Assembly: GCF_036321535.1 (NCBI RefSeq)
Contig: NC_087469.1
Span: 12,214,001-12,278,000, forward strand
Source: Camelus dromedarius
Lineage: Eukaryota
DNA: 64,000 nt
Direction: 5' to 3'
Shown: piece after piece, positions 13,521-25,476 of the stretch
Numbering within the stretch: the first letter of the stretch is position 1
How the letters are laid out: the number at the start of each line of letters is the position of its first letter
The notes under the pieces: model-generated
Database searches by the model: none
Told to the model about the DNA's origin: nothing
The model's input: the letters and a program-made list of their open reading frames with translations, nothing else
Made by a program: the position numbers and the translations under genes

Positions 13521-14174
13521 CCCAGGGCTCTGTCCTCCCTCCCAAGTAGACTGGTTGCTGAAGAGGTAGGGGACCAATGGTCCAGTCGAAGTCCCCGCGT
13601 GCATTAAGGGCTTGGGAGGAGCTCAAGCAGGCTGTGTGGATGAAGTGAAGGAGTTTAGTAAGGAGGCTCGAAAGTTCCAGGTGAGTCCCTGGTTACTCTG
13701 AGATGGATAGTTCTCAGCTGAGCCACAGGACAGCGACTGAGCCCTGGGGTGGGCGGCCGGCCCCTCTCTGGATCTCAGCCCATCTTTGTGTGCACTGGGT
13801 CCCCAGGGATAGTGCTCTTGTGTCTCCCCTGCCCTCCTGCCCCAGGGGCCAGTGGAGTCTTCTCCCTGAACAACAGCCTGCCCCGCCCAGTGAAATCAGG
13901 GGACCCTGAAAGATCACAAGGGCTATTTTATAAAGCTCATCCTCTGCTTCCAGAGAGGATTTTTCTCTGCCATCAGACTCCTGAGAAGATTCCATAACAT
14001 GTAGTCTCCCATTTCAATATCAAATGGTCCTTTCCGTGAAGACACACTTACTTAGGTCTGATATAAACACCTTTCATGCTAAAAAGGCCCGAATTCCCAG
14101 CTCTGTGACCTGGCATAGCCAACAATAGGTCATCTCTGAAAAGACTGCCTCAAACTCTGGTGACACAGCCATGC

Positions 14175-14345
14175 CTGGACCACGGAGTCAGGACTTGCCT
14201 TCCTGTGTTACTGCTTGTGAGCTGGGTGGTGTTGGGCAAACTCCTCAACCTTTGTAATTCCCATCTTCAAAATGGGCACAATAATAGGGCCAGCACATGA
14301 ACTTTTTTGAGAATTAAACACAGATAAAAGGCTTGTAGCACACTA
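14175..14345 (+). mobile_element. MIR SINE
   Basis: 'ggagtcaggac...gttgggcaaactcctcaacc...catcttcaaaatgggcacaataatag...gagaattaaa'. Confidence 0.7.
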
Positions 14346-14614
14346 CGCCTAACTCAGCATAAACGCTTATCAAACTTCAGCATAAAACAGAAAGTGAAAA
14401 CTTTCACCAGCATCTTGGGTTAATTTGTGTACAACATAGGGACACACAAATCTATGGTCCACTTTTCCAGGGAGAACAGTCTCCTTTTTTTCCACTAGTA
14501 CGCAGACGAGGAGAACATCCGCTTTCAAATGGCAGCTGTAGATCAGTCATTAAAGTGTTAAATAAATCCGGGAAGGCTAAGAGAAAAGACGAAGGAGACA
14601 GGAACCATCCGGTG

Positions 14615-14628
14615 GTTGCCATGACAAC
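14615..14628. promoter_or_regulatory. RFX X-box motif GTTGCCATGACAAC
   Basis: 13 of 14 bases match the palindromic RFX site GTTGCCATGGCAAC; lies outside any repeat I recognise. Binding is untested. Confidence 0.6.
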
Positions 14629-17399
14629 GAGGCAGGTTACCTGGACAAAGATTTTGGAAATCTCTTAAAAGAATAGCCAGAGATATTTCCATCTATTTCG
14701 GGAAGGACAAAGTCTTCCTTTATCCTCCGCTAAAGACAAAACATCCTCTTGTTTGCTGAATATTTTCCAATTAACACAGGGCAAGGTCTGAGAGGAGCTA
14801 GGATGTCATGGGCAGGCAGGTGGTGGTGGGATGGAGAGGGACTTGGCAGGGGGCTGCAAGGTAAATAAAGGCTGTACCAGTGGAAAATGTGAAAGCAAAC
14901 TGCCCAGGATCCCTATTGTTTCATTTAAAACGCCCAAAGAGCATTCATTAAAAAGCATCGTTCTCATGCACGAACCCAACTGCTGTAGGTTGTGCTTACA
15001 AGAAACTGAATTCTTAGCCCACAACAGTTATATTTTTATTAACAGTACTGACATGAAGAAAGTGATTACAAACTCTGGTGGGCAAGACTTTCTCTGAAAG
15101 TTGTTCTCTAATACGTGAAGGAATAAGGAGCTTGTGATTCACTGCAGGTGCCCCCCTCTCCCGGCTCCTTGGGGGTGGGACCAGGCCAGGTCTCTCTGTG
15201 TGGACGTGTTTCCCTCTGACCATCTGCAGTTTACGCTTAACATAATCATCCTGCACACCTCACTCCCATTTTTCAGCTAATCGATAGTATTTTTAAAGCA
15301 ACAAATAGGAGCTATTTGTAATTGTATTTCCTTTAATTGCATATTTTTCAAACATGAGACTATTAAAGTTGCTGCCCATGAAAGCGGTCATTCAATTCCC
15401 CTCCGAGGTGCCCCTTCGTTCTGAAAGGGCCTCCCTCATCCAACTCAATAGCATCTCTTGGCTGCCTGAGAAAAAGCACTGGAGGGAAAAAAAAAAAAAA
15501 AGAAAGAAACCTATTTAGAAAGAAACCTATTTTCCAGATCAAAGTAATCCCTGCTCCATTGCCATGGCTCCAGACGTCTCTTTCTTCTTTTCATTGACCA
15601 GACAAGGTTCTCCTCAGCAACCTGCTTCATTTTTTTTTTTTTTTTGCCTGAATTTGTTTTCTCGTTGGGAAAAGTGGTCATTAAAGTATTAGTTGAGGTT
15701 GACTGGTTCTTCAGCAGCAGAAGAGGCTTCTGATGCTTTGTTATCTTTGACATGATCTCAAAACAATGGCCTGATGATTACACAATATAGAAATAATAAC
15801 TCGAGGCAGCGGGCTTCCCCTTGGAAACCCATGCAGGGTGTTGGGTATATGGTTACACATCTCATCTACCGAATTTTTCATGGGTGCTTTCAGGGCCCGT
15901 GTGCCCGGACGCATCCCTGGACATTGCTTGGGACTCCACCTCCCTGCCTGACCGTCAAGCCCCCCACCCCCACCCCCCGTGACCCTGAATTCGCCCCAAG
16001 TCGTGGAGGCTGCTGAACACTTGTCTCCATTTATACCAACCAGTGGCGCATTCAGTAGAAAGAATGGGGAGAGGGAGAGGGGCGGCTTTGATGTTTCCAG
16101 GGGCAGGAAATCACTTGGATGATTCTTCCAAGGCCACTTGGCAGCAGGTAGAGGGTGTGACAGCTGGTGGGAAGGTCGGCGACTGGGATGTGACCACTGA
16201 ACCACAGCGGGGAGCTACGCTGCCCTGGCAAACTGAGAAGCTTATTCCTATAGTCTGGTGGGGGGAGGGAGGAGGGAAGACGACCAGAGGGCCTGGCACA
16301 CACCACCTGGGAAAAAGAGAATTCAAAATGATCAGCTAACAAGACGGGAGCTCTCATTACTTTTCAAGACCGATTGGCCCAAGTCTTCAGGTCCAATCTA
16401 ACAAGAATGTATGGCTGCCAGTACCCAACAGGCGGGGTGCACTGTGGTTAATCCACGGACCTTGAATCCAGACTTTAAGCCTCTCTTTATCAGTCTGTTA
16501 AAACAGTGTGTAACAGGTTTCTTGTGGGAGATGATAGTAGTAACCACATACTCACTGTGTGCCAAACCGTGTGCATAGCCCCTGACATGAATTACCTTAC
16601 TTCCCATTCACACCAGCTCTATGGAATATTTACTATTAAACGTCCCTCCTTCTTACACGGCAGCAGGCGTAGAGAGCTGAAGTAAGTTATCCAGAGTCAT
16701 GCAGCTGGTAAGGAAGCCACGATTCAAATTCCATCAGTCCAAACTCTAGAGCACATCAGCCACACTCAGCAACTAAGTGGAGTAATATATAAAGCACTGA
16801 TTCTGGTACCAGACGCTCAGCAACATTACTGATCATTCAGTTTACTTTGCCAACATTATTATAAAACTCCCTCTGTCGCTTTGTCCAAAAAAAAAAAAAA
16901 AAAAAAAAAAAAAAAGCCCACAGCAATGCTTCAGTGAGTGAAAGGGCTTTATGAAAGCAAACAAATAAAAAATAATGATGGGTAACTGAGGCTGGCACAC
17001 AGGAAAGTTAACAGGATTTCTTGATCCAGAAGTTGCATGGAGATCATTGCGCTTAACAGGACTCACTGGGGGAATGAAGGCGAGCGGGAACGGGGGCTCA
17101 TTTCTGGAGGGAGCTCAGCCGACGGGTACGGCGGAAAGGCCCAGAGACACTGGAGTCATGACTACCTTAGACTTGGAGGCAGAGATGTGGATGACGTTTC
17201 CGGGTGAGCCAGAGACAGCGGGAAGCAGGGCTGCCAGAGACAACTGGTCAGCCAAGCTGAAGAGACCTGCCCCATAGCTGCCACCACTCCTGCCCCCAGG
17301 GACCACATCTTCCCCTACACCTCTCCAAAGCCCCCAAGGAATCCAATGTTACTGCCATCTGCAAATTACTAGGGAGATTCAGAAAGCTTAATTAAAAAG

Positions 17400-17560
17400 C
17401 CTCCTTCATTTACTTATCGGATTAGCATTTGCTGAGAACCTCTACACACTGAGCACTGCTAGGCACAAAGAAAATGAAACAGGTTGATGAGGTCCCTGAC
17501 CTGCAATACGAGTCAGTTGTCTTAGGAAGGCCAGTGTGAGCTGTCGTTTGAGGGAGAAGT
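17400..17560 (-). mobile_element. L2 3' end fragment
   Basis: 'tccttcatttact...catttgctgagaacctctac...gagcactgctaggcac...gtccctgacctgc'. Confidence 0.6.
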
Positions 17561-18429
17561 ACACAGTGCTGGGTGGGGGGGACGGGAGGGGCAGGCCAGG
17601 AGGTCCAATTCTGACTTCAAGGGAGAAGGAGGTGGGGGAGGAGACAGGGGTGGGATCCTGAGGGTCTTCAGAGGAGTTGCTGGTTAGGGGTGAGGGCGAG
17701 GGGTCATGTCACTAAGGTCCTTCAAACTGAACTTGGTTCTGTCAAACCTTCCAGGCTGCTGTGTGTAACAATAAGAAACGTTTGCACACAGAACTCTCTC
17801 AGATGTCCTAGGAGAGACATCAGGTAAGTAAAAGACAGGACCCCTCACCCTCAAGAGCTTGAAATGTGACAGTGAATCCAAAGAAGCACCAGTAAAATAA
17901 TTAGATCACCCAGGTGAATGCCAGGCAATGCAGTTCCAACGCTGGCTTCATAACTTTATAAAACACCGTAACTTCTCAAACCCCACCCAGTAACGAGGAG
18001 TGGGTATTCACCAGGGAGCCACGTGGGGTGGCTGTGGACTGCTGGAAGGGGGAAAAGGGACGTTCCTGGATGTGCCAGTCAGCTGGCACCTCGGGAGCAC
18101 CTCTCGAGAGCACAGCGGTCGAGAAGCATCGCTCTCCCCCACAGACCAGCTCCCCCACAAGCTGTCTGAACTGGGTCAGGCCCCCTAGCCCCTCAGGGAC
18201 TGTGTTGCTTCACCTGCAAAATGGAGACAAACTGCCACCTAGTTCTAGGGTTGTCGTGTAGATTAAACGAGATAAAGCAAGAAAATGATGGCCCCAAATT
18301 TGGCCAATGGTAAGCTCTCAATGGTAATAATGAACACATGTCATGTTTATTATTTAAAATTAGTTGGTTATTTTTAAATAAACGTGTAATAAATACCATT
18401 GCTCATGAGCTGGGTGCCATGGCAGATGT

Positions 18430-18670
18430 AAATGCACCTAATTAACACTTCCAGGCTCTTACCATGTCCCAGTCGCTATGCTATGCACNNNNNNNNNNNN
18501 NNNNNNNNNNNNNNNNNNNNNNNNNNNNNNNNNNNNNNNNNNNNNNNNNNNNNNNNNNNNNNNNNNNNNNNNNNNNNNNNNNNNNNNNNNNNNNNNNNNN
18601 NNNNNNNNNNNNNNNNNNNNGGACACAAACCCTGGCAATTTGGCTCAGACTGCTCTACCAAAAACCACTC
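18430..18670 (-). mobile_element. MIR SINE with its core replaced by N (18489-18620)
   Basis: Left flank 'ttaccatgtcccagtcgctatgctatgcac' and right flank 'ggacacaaaccctggcaatttggctcaga' match the two ends of an antisense MIR; the 132 N lie where the core would be. Confidence 0.6.
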
Positions 18671-19599
18671 TGCAATGCTGCTTCCCGTCCTCATGAATAA
18701 GATCTGGTCTGTGAAAATGGTAACATAAAGCAAGCTGGCATGTAAGATTCAGAAGAAACAAAAATCACAAAACTACTGAAGAAAGAGCTGGTGAGAGTTA
18801 CCGGATTCAAACAGAAAAATCAAGGAAGAGCTAGCAAGGTTGAGAAAGAGAAGTAACATCAAAGAGACTGAGCAAAATGCTATGTCATAGCAGCAGGAGA
18901 AAAGGAAGTTTTAAAGCAAGCAGGTGAGTCACTGCTCCTGAGATGTAAAGGAGGGTGAGCCCTGAGAATGGCTAGGTCGTGGCACAGTGAGGACAACAAT
19001 GAAGTGAGTGCACAGACCCCGTGGAGGCTGGAGGATGAAGCCAAGTCACAGGGGATGGTCAGAGAGTGATGTTAGTGAGCGCAGACTTACCTATTGGAAA
19101 AGTTGGTAACAAAAGTGGGGTGAGAGGTGGATGTTAATTCAAAGGAGTTTTTTTTCCCCTCCCAGACAAGGCTGTGACTTATTCATTATCAGGGTGGACC
19201 TTATAAGTAGAGAAAGAATAAAGATGCAAGAGAGAGGCGTGGAACAATCTGTGAACGAGCAGAGAAGCTTGGAGAGCTCGCAGGCTTGGCAAAGAGGAAG
19301 ATGCTTGCCCCTCTGATTCAAGAAGAAGGAAGAGAAGACGGGGAGAAACTGTGACCTGGAGGGAAGTTGAGGCAACTCACGTCAGATGGTCCCAACCTTC
19401 CTGGCAAGGAGAATTCTAGGAAAGGAAGTGAGGATGTCGCTGGAGATGACCTAGATAAGTCACAGTGGCAAGGCCATCTTCCCTTTTTGGCTCCCTGCAA
19501 AGTCCTACTAACCCTGCAGGACTCAGATCACCCCCTCTAGCCTCCTAAGCGCCCAGGCAGAGCTGGGGGCTCTGTCACTGGCACCTGTTCATTTACTCG

Positions 19600-19770
19600 T
19601 GTCCTGTGCATTAGTCACATGACACTGTAATTACATTTGTTTATGTCTCCCTCCCCTTCTGGACTGAAGTCCTTGATGGTAGAGACTACGTTTTACTTAT
19701 CTTAGTTTCTCTAACATCTAACCTAGTACAAAATGATATTCACTGAAAGTGTGCTGAACGAATGAACAGA
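19600..19770 (+). mobile_element. L2 3' end
   Basis: 'ctggactgaagtccttgatggtagagactacgttttacttatcttagtttctctaacatctaac...gtgctgaacgaatgaa'. Confidence 0.75.
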
Positions 19771-22256
19771 TTACTCCATAAGTCATATATAAAAGAACTG
19801 CAACTCAGATCCAGAAGGGCTGGGGAATCACGTTTTAGAACTAGCATCCTAAATGTCTGGGTTCATTTCAGATTGAAACAGCCTGCTGTTGGGCAATTAC
19901 CCTAACCTCTCTGTACCTAATAACCCAGGCTCTGAAAAATGGGAAGCACAGTCCACGGAGCTGCGAGCTTTATTAGTGAGGGCCAGTAAAGGGCTTTTTA
20001 AGTGGCAAAGCAGATGATTACAGAAGATGCCTCGGAGGAAGAAGGATGACAAAAATGTGTCTCAGAGACAATGAAGGCGCCTCCTTCCAGGATTTCCACC
20101 ACATCTCACTCTAACACAAGCTGCAGAGGACGCAGGGACCTCTCAGCGGCCTGAGCACCATTAGGTCCCCAGATTATGTGTTCCTGGGTTCTCAAACTGC
20201 TGTTAAGAGAGTATCTGTGAGACAACAAGAGAGTCTTACAAGGCAGCACCTCCCAGCTCAGCATCACTCTGCAACCTTGTTAAATTTCAGCTTTTTCTAT
20301 TGTTCTGTCTTGTGGCTCCTGATTTCCAACCACCTTGAGAGCATCACCAGATCACAAAAATGCGCTTGACCTTTGGAAATACACTTGTGCTCCCAGGAAG
20401 TACATGATCATTCATCACTGCCATTTACCAAGTGTTAGCTGAAAAAACAGAGACCCAGTAAGCCCTGAAAGCAGCCACCAGCCCGTCTGCACAAGATGTG
20501 ATGCGTTTCTCGTCCAGCCGAGCTGCAAAAACAATACACGGAACCTAAGATGCATTAATATATGGGAACGTGTTCTGAGGCTTCAAAACACGAATTTATG
20601 ACTGACATATTATACTTATTTCTAAGGCTGTAGGCATATAAGACACGATGCACTTTTGATGGTTGGTCCCAATGTAGAGGCACCCTGTTATGGAAAAGCT
20701 GAGAGAGATGGTAATCCTAAAACATCTGTTTTATATTATAATTCCCTTCTATACACACACACGCAAACCTGCCTCTGAAATTAATTTCGCTTAAAACACA
20801 TTCATAATTAGTTTGCCTCCCAGAAACACACACTCTAGGTTAGCAATATGTGTGATTATACTGGATAAAGATGGTCTGGGGTTTTTAACTGTCATAGTTA
20901 ATCAAAAGGTACCTGGCTACAGGAGAACAGATCAGAATTGAAAAGGGGAGTAGGAGGGGAAAAAATGGGATGAGAAGGAAGGAAAAGAATGTGCAGCAAA
21001 AGGAAGGGTAAGATGAGAAAGTACTTCTAGCTGTGGGTTTCAGTCTGTGGTCCCAGCTCCTCCCGTACTGCTGTCAGTCCACATTCAGACATCTCCAAAG
21101 CAGAGGCAGCTCGGGTTTCAGCAGGGCCTTAAATGACTACATACATGATACTGAAAATGCTGTGATCTTCTAAAACTGCAGGCTGCTTGCTTATTACCAA
21201 AGCAGTTAACAGTCAGTAGCTACTCTCTGACGTTATATCTTTGCTAACACCGTAAGTAAAACTCTGGCTGGTATCTACATCAGCTGGTTGATCTTAACGT
21301 TAGCCACTCAGAGCTCCTTGAAACTTATACCTAGGAGGGAGAGAGATACGACGACAGCATTTCCTTACGACTGATACAGCTTCAGGGTCCACACAGAGGC
21401 TGGATGGCCTTCAGCCAAGGATACTGGACGGAGAAGCCTTTCAGTTGTAGGAAAGTTAGATTCAGTGATTTCGAATACTACTTCTAAACGTGAAGTTGTA
21501 TGATTCAATGACCTCGTAAGAAAAATCACATGATTATTCTATAACATGGACATCACTGGAAGCTTCCATCCCTGCTGGAAGGGCATCTTGTTGGTTACAC
21601 AGGAGAAGCTGCTATAACAACGATCAATTCTTCTCTCACTCAGACACCGTGCAGGGCTCCTTGGTGCTGCCTGGGCCCCGAGGGCCTGACTCTCTGTGCT
21701 TTGAGGGTCAATTCCCTTGGCCGCAGCTTGTCACTCAGAAATACCTGCCTGTAGTGGATCTTAGCATGTGTCCTTTTCTGGGAAAAGTCAATGTAGACAT
21801 GTTGGAGCCCAACACATCTTATTAGAAACCTTGGGTCACCTATCCCATCAGTGACCAAACAGAAAAATAAAGCTTCATTAGAAAGATTAAGTTGTTTACC
21901 CAACAGGTTACAGATATAAATGAGAACAGCTGGGAGGCATTTGTCTCTTTCAAAGTTTAGAACTTCATGTACGTCCAAGTACTGAAACTGAGACAATTAA
22001 AATCTAGAGAAAAAAAGAAAAAGGTAAGAGGGAGACCAGAGCTTAGAGAAACAGTGGAGGGAACAGAGGGACTGGGTCATGATTAACACCTCCACTATGC
22101 AACTCGTCAGATGTGGGGCATGTCAAAAAGAATCATAATACAAAGCAGAAAAACTCAGTGCACACCCTTAGAATCCAAGACCTGGAGACAAGTACGAGAT
22201 GTTATCCATTTACAGACTGATAGAAACAAAGGCTCAGGCTGCAAGGTGACTATTTT

Positions 22257-23160
22257 TTTTTTTTTAACTGAAGTATAGTCGATTTACAATGCTATGTTAG
22301 TTTCTGGTATACAGCATGGTGACTCAGTTATACACACGTATACATACATACATACATACATATACACACACACACATATGTATTCTTTTTCATGACAGGT
22401 TACTGCAGAGATAATGAACATAGTTCCCTGTGCTATACAGTAGGATCCTGTTGTTTATCTATTCTATATACAGTAGTTAGTATCTGCAAATCCTAAACTC
22501 CCAATTTATCCCTCTCCCCCTTTTTCCCCTCTGGTAACCGTAAGTTTGTTTTCTGTCTGTGAATCTGTTTCTGTTTTGTAAATAAGTCCATTTGTGTCAC
22601 TTTTTTTGATTCCACATAGAAGTGCTATAGTATGATATTTGTCTCTCTCTGACTTACTTCNNNNNNNNNNNNNNNNNNNNNNNNNNNNNNNNNNNNNNNN
22701 NNNNNNNNNNNNNNNNNNNNNNNNNNNNNNNNNNNNNNNNNNNNNNNNNNNNNNNNNNNNNNNNNNNNNNNNNNNNNNNNNNNNNNNNNNNNNNNNNNNN
22801 NNNNNNNNNNNNNNNNNNNNNNNNNNNNNNNNNNNNNNNNNNNNNNNNNNNNNNNNTTTTTGAGTTGGAGNNNNNNNNNNNNNNNNNNNNNNNNNNNNNN
22901 NNNNNNNNNNNNNNNNNNNNNNNNNNNNNNNNNNNNNNNNNNNNNNNNNNNNNNNNNNNNNNNNNNNNNNNNNNNNNNNNNNNNNNNNNNNNNNNNNNNN
23001 NNNNNNNNNNNNNNNNNNNNNNNNNNNNNNNNNNNNNNNNTTTGTGGACTTTCTGATGATGACCATTCTGACTGGTGTGAGGTGGTATCTCACTGTAGTT
23101 TTGATTTGCCTTTCTCTGATAATTAGCAATACTGGACATCTTTTCATGTGCCTATTGCTT
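22257..23160 (-). mobile_element. 5'-truncated cetartiodactyl-type L1 (ORF2 C-terminal remnant and 3' UTR), partly N-masked
   Basis: T tail at about 22252-22265, then 'aactgaagtatagtcgatttacaat...cagtaggatcctgttgtttatctattctatata...gtaaccgtaagtttgttttct'. The minus [34 protein letters not shown] is the L1 ORF2 C-terminus. 10-bp duplication 'tgactatttt' at 22247-22256 and 23167-23176. Confidence 0.95.
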
Positions 23161-24409
23161 AAAAACTGACTATTTTAGAGGGAAGGAGAACAAAAGTTAC
23201 AGCCAGAACTTAAGGGTCAAGATCTAAAAACCAAGTAAAACTATGAAATTCCCCTTTTTTTTCCTTAAAAAGTTTTCTAAGAGAGCAAACTAATCTGTTA
23301 TACTGCAAAATGTATTCAAATGGACAGCAATTCATAGATTAGGAGGTTTGAATACAATTATCTGAGTAACTGCCTCTGTTTCTCCTGCTAGTTTATGCCG
23401 GTTTATGCATTAAATTCATGTTGTGTTATCATGTTTGTTGGTTCTGTCTCCCAAACTAGTCTCCAAATACTTGAAGACTTTTCTTTTATCAATCTTAATC
23501 CCTTGCTGTGCCTACTGTGGTTGACCAGCATCCCACAGAATCACTGGAATGTTTCATACAACCCCAACCTCTGCTTTTCTTTCGGTAAGATAGAATCATT
23601 AATAATATAATAGGTAAAAGTCATTCTTACTCCAAGCTAGTGAGTGTCCATTACAATCCACTGGGTTGGAATACACCAGTAGTCAGCACAGGAGAGAGAC
23701 AGTGCTCAAGTGACAAGTCATATCGACTCAAACTGTCGAAGAGTCCAGAAAGTCAAAATAGAATCCTTCCTAATCCTTACAGTGTTGAGAGAAGAGATCG
23801 CAGTGTCCTTCAATGACTCCCTGTGTCCACAGAGTCTATGGCCTTCTCCCACCCTGACATTTCCTCATAATTTAACATTCCTGGTAAGGCTGAAATGAAA
23901 GCTGAATTTTCCACTGGCGCTCGGTCACGCTGACAGTGACAGCAACTGACAGGAGATTAAAAGAAACCCAAGATACCGTGTTGAAAATGTCTCATCAAGG
24001 TCACCCACTCGTGATAAGGTAAGTGGAGAGTGAGGGAGAAACACAGGCTTATCACTTAAGAACCCGCAGAGATAACTGCGTTACCTAATTATCCCTCCTC
24101 ATTCCCATCTCCTCTAGCCTCCCTCTCCCACACGCATGCTTTTAAGCAAGTCCATTATTTTAAAATTACTACAGAATAAGCCTCTTTAGCAATCCAAGGT
24201 GCAGCTCCGCACAGGCAGCACCGCCGACCCCTCCAGTCCTGTCCAGCCTGAGCAGTCCCTCCCCACAGCGTGACTGCAGCACTCACACGGTGCACGGCCT
24301 TCTCCCCACAATGGTGAACCCTTCATGCGTTTAACGTACGCCTTCCTCTTTCTCTAGCTACCTGCGCAGTGACCGAGCCAGCCAGCTATCTACTAAAATG
24401 CACGATTCT

Positions 24410-24808
24410 CCAGCTCTAACTCAGTTGTGGCTGAGAAGCTCGCACCAAGCCAGGGACTACATTTTTCTGGTCCATTTAAAGCCATGTGACTAGCCTCAGC
24501 CAATGAAAAATGCAGAGTGATGGATTTCACTTTGAGGTGTTTATACCACACATCTCTGGGCTCTCCTTTGCCTGCTCCACTGCCAGCTAGATGCAGGGGT
24601 TGATAAGGCTCCGGGGCTGGCTGAGTTCTGTGATGGAAAGAATCTGGATCTGTCTGGATCACTGCATCGAAGAAAACTACTAGTGACTAGAGACAAATGT
24701 ATTGGACTATTATTGCAAGAGGAAGAAATATACTTCTATGTAAAAAAAAAAAAAATCTTTATATATTTTTGAGTCTATTTGTTACTGGTGTGTACCCTAC
24801 CTGATACA
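24410..24808 (+). mobile_element. MaLR solo LTR (MLT1J-like)
   Basis: 'gggactacattt...gccatgtgactagcctcagccaatg...gatggaaagaatctggatc...attggact...gaaatatacttctat...tttgttac...ctgataca' follows the MLT1 layout and ends in -TACA. 5' boundary approximate. Confidence 0.75.
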
Positions 24809-25091
24809 TGAGCCTAACACAGTGGCATACGCAGACATTCAGAAGATGATGAATAACTGAATAGGGCATTCACCCATTTGCCTACAAAAGAAACTGATTA
24901 TTTTGTACTTTTCCAGGGAAGATTAACTATGGCTTGCATCTCATGCAATTACATTCAATAATTGTTATTATGGAAATCATCTAAGAATGCTATCTGAAAC
25001 AGACGGATGTTAGTAGAATTTTATTTAATGCTATGGTCGTTTCTTTAAACTCATAGATACATATTTAAATTTTGTTACGGAGAATGTTGAG

Positions 25092-25105
25092 GTTGTCATG
25101 GCAAC
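25092..25105. promoter_or_regulatory. RFX X-box motif GTTGTCATGGCAAC
   Basis: 13 of 14 bases match GTTGCCATGGCAAC; exact reverse complement of the motif at 14615-14628. Confidence 0.6.
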
Positions 25106-25392
25106 AGGTTAAAGCAACAGAGTGCATGTGATGTACTGGGATGCTCGGTGCTAGCCATGCCAGCAAAAACATAAAATAATTATACAGAGAGAACCATACA
25201 AAGGGTAATGGTGTGAAAGTCGGCTATTTGCCTTTCTCCTTCTAGGAAGCATAATTTAACACACCGATTTGTTAACGATTTTGATAATATTGCCAGTTCT
25301 GGAATGAAATGAAGGTTAGACGAAGGATAAGATTATTGGTAGAGGACCATCACTCAGTCCCCACCTGCTTGGAAAAATACACACACAAACAG

Positions 25393-25476
25393 AAGGAGAG
25401 GGAGGGAGGGAGAGAAAGAGGGGAGGAAGAGAAAGGGGAGGGAGGGAGGAAGAGAGTGGGTGGGGGGGGGGAGAGA
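25393..25476. repeat. Purine-rich low-complexity tract (GGGA/GA with a G-run)
   Basis: 'aaggagagggagggagggg...gagggagggaggaagagagtgggtgggggggggggagaga', almost free of pyrimidines. Confidence 0.9.

Noticed and set aside
15741-16357. Cluster of 70-154 aa ORFs in a GC-rich patch
   Set aside because: Low stop frequency in GC-rich, C/G-run sequence explains them; no motif recognised.
17913-17923. GGTGAATGCCA, matching the 3' half of miR-124
   Set aside because: 11 nt only, seed absent, no hairpin partner seen.
18294-18303. CArG box CCAAATTTGG
   Set aside because: Lies at the end of a MIR; several such 10-mers are expected by chance in 64 kb.
22506-23147. 213-aa ORF and overlapping X-rich ORFs
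   Set aside because: L1 ORF2 C-terminal remnant; it appears long only because N-runs hide stop codons.
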